Shown piece by piece: positions 22,731-26,402 of a DNA stretch of 26,402 nucleotides. Source of the DNA: a virus; the IMG/VR virus record IMGVR_UViG_3300012668_000143, positions 1 to 26,402 of that record; one strand, given 5' to 3'. The stretch's first letter is position 1. Every line of letters starts with the position of its first letter. A program made the position numbers and the translations under genes. The notes beneath the pieces were generated by a model that made no database searches, had not been told where the DNA came from, and saw only the letters and a list, made by a program, of their open reading frames with translations.

Positions 22731-23095
22731 GCGCCGAACAAAAAACCATCGATGCGCTGAAGGCTTCAACGGCACTCGCTGCGCTTGTCGCAAGCGGAGA
22801 ACAACTTCGCGTGTTCCCGGATGAAGCCGATCAAAGCGCAATCAAGCCGTACATCGTATTTGATCGCGTCGGAGCGGCGCCTGAGACATATCTTGACTTC
22901 GCGCGCGCCCCCGTAAAAGTGATGATGCTAATTACGATCTGGGCCGATAGCCGGATGGTCGCGGCGCAAGTGGCGACAGCGGTAGAGGACGCCATGCGCG
23001 AGGCGTATCACATGCTGACGGATCGGACGGGGAGCGATGTACCGGATATTCGCGAGTTTGCTGAGGCGCTGAGCTTTGACATCTGGGAGTATTGA
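22724..23095 (+). CDS. Tail terminator/completion protein (DUF3168-like)
   Basis: L.A...L.ALV..RVFPD.A.Q....PYIVF.RV and I.IWA.S...A pattern; directly upstream of the tail tube; start ATG 22724. Confidence 0.85.
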   Translation: MVSAEQKTIDALKASTALAALVASGEQLRVFPDEADQSAIKPYIVFDRVGAAPETYLDFARAPVKVMMLITIWADSRMVAAQVATAVEDAMREAYHMLTDRTGSDVPDIREFAEALSFDIWEY

Positions 23096-23126
23096 CGGCC
23101 TGACGTAACCGTAGCACACGTTTTAT

Positions 23127-23150
23127 AACCCGCCCGCTTCGGCGGGTTTT
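23127..23150 (+). terminator. Terminator-like hairpin before the tail tube gene
   Basis: AACCCGCC-cgcttc-GGCGGGTT-TT. Confidence 0.55.
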
Positions 23151-23173
23151 GCATTTCTGAAAGGACGAAAATC

Positions 23174-23824
23174 ATGGCATCAAGTCTTGTAAATGGCGCC
23201 CTCATTGCGATTGCCGGAACCTATGGTACGGCATCGGCGATATCGGCGATTACGAATGCATCGCCAGCAGTAGCTACATTGGCAGCGGCACACGGGGTCG
23301 TCGTCGGCGATCAGATCGAGGTCACATCAGGCTGGCAGGGTATCGACGGGCGCGTCGTTCGCGTCAGCGCGGTATCGACTAACGACGTTACGCTGGAAGG
23401 CGTCGATACGACAGACCTGCTCAAGTATCCCGCCGGCACCGGCACCGGTAGTGCGCGAGAGATAACTGCGTGGCAAAACATTCCCCAGATACTTGATCCA
23501 AAATCAAGCGGTGGAACGCAACAATTCCTGACCTATCAGTTCCTGAATCAAGATCGCCAGACGAAGGTTCCCACGTTTCAGGACGCCGTTGACATCACGT
23601 TGTTGACGCATGACGATCCGTCATTACCGCATCATGCAATCATCATGGCAGCCCAAGCGGTCGGGTCATTGCGTGGCTTTAGAATAGTTATGCGTGACGG
23701 CAAGAAGTATTTCGGCAATGGCTACTGGTCAATTCAGCAGGTGCCCGAGTTCAATATCAACGACATGGTGAAGCGCACGATCACACTGGCAGTGGTAGGC
23801 GACATAAGTTCATACTTGAGCTAA
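23174..23824 (+). CDS. Major tail tube protein
   Basis: NG..IAIA..YG, AITNA.PAVAT, SGW..I.GRV.RV, W..I.QI....SGG.QQF..YQFL and DDP.L motifs; AAGGA SD. Confidence 0.9.
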   Translation: MASSLVNGALIAIAGTYGTASAISAITNASPAVATLAAAHGVVVGDQIEVTSGWQGIDGRVVRVSAVSTNDVTLEGVDTTDLLKYPAGTGTGSAREITAWQNIPQILDPKSSGGTQQFLTYQFLNQDRQTKVPTFQDAVDITLLTHDDPSLPHHAIIMAAQAVGSLRGFRIVMRDGKKYFGNGYWSIQQVPEFNINDMVKRTITLAVVGDISSYLS

Positions 23825-23826
23825 CC

Positions 23827-24267
23827 GTGAACCTCGACGAACTAAAAGCCGCCGTAGAGTCCGCGCGCCGCTTCTCGCACAAGGTGCTGCTCTACGCGGA
23901 GCCGCCGCCGAAAGATGATGCGCCTGATACTAGGCTTCCGACAGGAAGTCGTACGTTTCAACTACGCATGCCGACGAGCCACGAAGTCAAAATGGCCTAT
24001 GCGCGTGCGCGTACCGGGACGGACGATCATCTGGCGGCGTTCTTCCAATCGCAGCGCGAGATAGCCGAACGATCTGTTACCGGCTGGACGGAAGTGGACG
24101 AAACTGATCTCGTTCCTGACGGCGCAAACGCTCCGATGGCGTTCGATGCGTCCTTGGTGCCGCTGATATTCGACGCTCATTCTGATTGGCAAACGTCAAT
24201 CTCAGAAGCTATCGACAAGCGCATCGCAGAGCGCGAAGGTAAGCAAGAGGCCGCTGCAAAAAACTGA
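23827..24267 (+). CDS. Tail assembly chaperone (lambda gpG-like)
   Basis: Lies between tail tube and tape measure; V.GW motif; ends ...AKN* on a slippery site. Confidence 0.85.
   Translation: MNLDELKAAVESARRFSHKVLLYAEPPPKDDAPDTRLPTGSRTFQLRMPTSHEVKMAYARARTGTDDHLAAFFQSQREIAERSVTGWTEVDETDLVPDGANAPMAFDASLVPLIFDAHSDWQTSISEAIDKRIAEREGKQEAAAKN
24258..24264 (+). promoter_or_regulatory. Programmed -1 ribosomal frameshift site A AAA AAC
   Basis: X XXY YYZ heptamer in the correct frame immediately before the TGA. Confidence 0.85.
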
Positions 24268-24518
24268 GAGAGCGCATCGCGTGGGAACGAGCCAGTGCAG
24301 ATGCGCGCGGCAACGAATTCCAACTGGCATTCTGCGGCGATCGACCGGAACTCGGCGTCGAGGAATCGCAGGCCATTCATGCGTGGAATTTTCTCGACGG
24401 ATGGAATCCAGGCAACCTGCCAATCTACCTTGCCTTTTATCAAATAGAAGATGTTGATTTGCTGGTGAACTTATTGATGGAAATACGTGATGCGCTCAAC
24501 GAAAAAGACGAAGACTAA
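24264..24518 (+). CDS. gpT-like extension of the tail chaperone (gpGT fusion 23827..24518 by -1 frameshift)
   Basis: The -1 frame is open for 84 codons (LRERIAWERA...LMEIRDALNEKDED*) with no 5' start of its own and ends 11 nt before the tape measure ATG. Confidence 0.8.
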   Translation: MRERIAWERASADARGNEFQLAFCGDRPELGVEESQAIHAWNFLDGWNPGNLPIYLAFYQIEDVDLLVNLLMEIRDALNEKDED

Positions 24519-24529
24519 GGGCTGAGAAA

Positions 24530-26402
24530 ATGGCGACCGCAGTCTTATCGATCGACATAGAAGCTCGCATTGCCAAGCTCGAAAGCGGGTTGAAGAACGC
24601 GACCGGCGCGGTCAACTCATTCGGCAAATATGCCAAGGCGAGTGCGGACGAAGCCGCCAATAGCTATGACAAATTGAGTCAAGCGGCTGCCGCTGTCGGT
24701 GGCAAACTGGAAAAAGCGGCGAACGTTGGCCGTGGCACGTTCGACGGCATGTCTAACTCTGCCAGAAAAACGTCGCTGCAAATGCAGCAGGTGTCGTACC
24801 AACTGAACGATTTCTTCGTTCAAATTTCAAGCGGGCAATCGCCGCTAATCGCCTTCATTCAGCAAGGCTCGCAACTGAGCGGAACATTCGGTGGGATCGG
24901 CGCGGCATTCAAGGGCGTAACGGCGTTGATTACTCCGATGATACTCGGTGTAGGAACGGCGGCGGCGGTGGTCGGTACGTTGGGTCTGGCATGGTACAAG
25001 GGCATGCAGGAATCGCAGGCATTCGGCAAGGCGCTACTGCTGACTGGCAACTACGCAGGTCTGACGGAGGACAGGTTCAATGCAATGTCCAAGAGCATTG
25101 CTGCATCCGCAACAGTCAGCATGGGAGAAGCGCGCGCGGCGCTGATGGGCTTTGTGAATACAGGACAATTCACAGGCAAATCGCTCACGAAAATGTCTGA
25201 GGCGGCTGCGCTATTTGCGGTAGCGAGCGGCAAATCTACAGATGAAGTCGTCAAAGACTTCGCCACTATGTCAGGTGGCGTTGCTAAATGGGCGACTGAG
25301 CACAACAAGCAATTAAACCTGCTCGATCCGGCTCAACTCAAATACATTCGCCGGCTTGAAGAGATGGGCGAGGCGGACAAGGCCGAGTTGGTCATTGCTG
25401 AGGCCGTCATTGCTCGGTTCAAAAATCAGGCGGAAAACCTTGGCTATTTGGAAGCCGCATGGGGCAACCTGAGTCGTGGTGCGAAGCGCGCTTGGGATGC
25501 GATGCTGGATATTGGGAGAGCAGATACTCCAACTGACAAGATAGAAGCACTGCAAAAACGCATTGCGGCGCGCCTGAAGCCAGTTGCCGAAGGTTCAGAT
25601 ATCCAATCCATTAGCAGACCTGATTTCGCCACTGGTAGCGCAAAAGAGAAAGCCAAGGCAAACGCCGAAGACGAACGCCAGCTTGCAATCGAACTTGCGA
25701 AGAAGGCGGATGCAGACGCAGCGGCGAAGGCTGCGTCCGATAAAGCGCGAGGCAACAAAGCTATCGGCGAAGCGGATACATTGTTCGACAAATACAAAAG
25801 TCAAAAGATAAAACAGGCCGAGGAACTAGCTGAGATTGATGCCAAATACAAGCGAGCTGTAGAGCTTAATCCACAAATGGATAAAGCAGCCGCATCCGAT
25901 CTATTGAAAAAGCATGACGCGGCGGTTGCAGAGATCAATAGTAGGAATAAAGTGCCGAAAGGTGCAGCAATCCTAAGAGACGATCCGACCAAAGCCTTGC
26001 TCGCCAATCAACTAAAAGACCTTGAACATCAAGCCGGCGAGGAGCGCGAGATTTTATCCGAGAAGAACCGGACGCTCGATTTGTTATACGGCGAGCACCT
26101 GATTTCGATCAAGGATTACTACGAAGGCCGCAAGACAGCGGCAGACGTTGCGCTGAATGCCCAGATCGCTGATTACGACAAAGAGATCGCTGCGCTCGAA
26201 GCGTACAAGGCCAAGTCGGGCAAGGCGACAGAGCAGGCCGAGACGCAAGGCAAGATAAACGATCTTATCGACAAGAAACGGAAACTGACGGCGGCGGCGG
26301 CTTATGAAGGAAAGGTCGCAGTGTTCAAGGAAGAAAAGGCGTATCGAGACCTGGAAACGCAGATCGAGTCCGTGGATGCAGCGCTGGAGAAAATGCGCGG
26401 CA
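24530..26402 (+). CDS. Tail tape measure protein, 3'-truncated by the window
   Basis: MATAVLSIDIEA..., QQVSYQLNDFFVQISSGQSPLIAFIQQGSQL motif, Ala-rich helical; frame open to the window end. Confidence 0.95.
   Translation, partial: MATAVLSIDIEARIAKLESGLKNATGAVNSFGKYAKASADEAANSYDKLSQAAAAVGGKLEKAANVGRGTFDGMSNSARKTSLQMQQVSYQLNDFFVQISSGQSPLIAFIQQGSQLSGTFGGIGAAFKGVTALITPMILGVGTAAAVVGTLGLAWYKGMQESQAFGKALLLTGNYAGLTEDRFNAMSKSIAASATVSMGEARAALMGFVNTGQFTGKSLTKMSEAAALFAVASGKSTDEVVKDFATMSGGVAKWATEHNKQLNLLDPAQLKYIRRLEEMGEADKAELVIAEAVIARFKNQAENLGYLEAAWGNLSRGAKRAWDAMLDIGRADTPTDKIEALQKRIAARLKPVAEGSDIQSISRPDFATGSAKEKAKANAEDERQLAIELAKKADADAAAKAASDKARGNKAIGEADTLFDKYKSQKIKQAEELAEIDAKYKRAVELNPQMDKAAASDLLKKHDAAVAEINSRNKVPKGAAILRDDPTKALLANQLKDLEHQAGEEREILSEKNRTLDLLYGEHLISIKDYYEGRKTAADVALNAQIADYDKEIAALEAYKAKSGKATEQAETQGKINDLIDKKRKLTAAAAYEGKVAVFKEEKAYRDLETQIESVDAALEKMRG

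Larger units (their letters stand above)
1..26402 (+). mobile_element. HK97-like siphovirus/prophage head-neck-tail module (no att sites or host genes visible)
   Basis: Co-directional terminase, protease-capsid, portal, connector, closure, gp10-like, terminator, tail tube, chaperone frameshift and tape measure genes in lambdoid order. Confidence 0.97.

Overview
The whole window is the late (morphogenesis) operon of an HK97-like, long non-contractile-tailed dsDNA phage or prophage, probably with a proteobacterial host (inference). The core order on the + strand is terS (5'-truncated), terL, prohead protease fused to major capsid, small head protein, portal, coiled-coil/collagen-like portal-adjacent protein, a 5-6 gene putative head/neck fibre module, head-tail connector, head closure, HK97-gp10-like protein, tail terminator, tail tube, tail chaperone with a -1 frameshift, and tape measure (3'-truncated). 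The core is heavily interrupted. (i) There are 8 free-standing homing-endonuclease genes or remnants (HNH, HNH-AP2, GIY-YIG). Three of these transcription units share a leader of -10 box, 13-14 nt-arm hairpin with a 7-nt anticodon-like loop, CT(A/G)ACCA and ATGGCT; a GIY-YIG gene follows a c4-like cloverleaf RNA. (ii) A Maf/GT-like, GT9-like and SAM-methyltransferase cassette (candidate virion glycosylation) lies between a duplicated portal N-terminus and the real portal, followed by stubs of a head-closure gene and a DNA methyltransferase. (iii) There is a stand-alone paralogue of the capsid delta/scaffold domain. (iv) Morons include a stand-alone GatB/YqeY domain, a patatin-like phospholipase and small membrane proteins. 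All family calls come from motif recognition by eye; no database searches were run.
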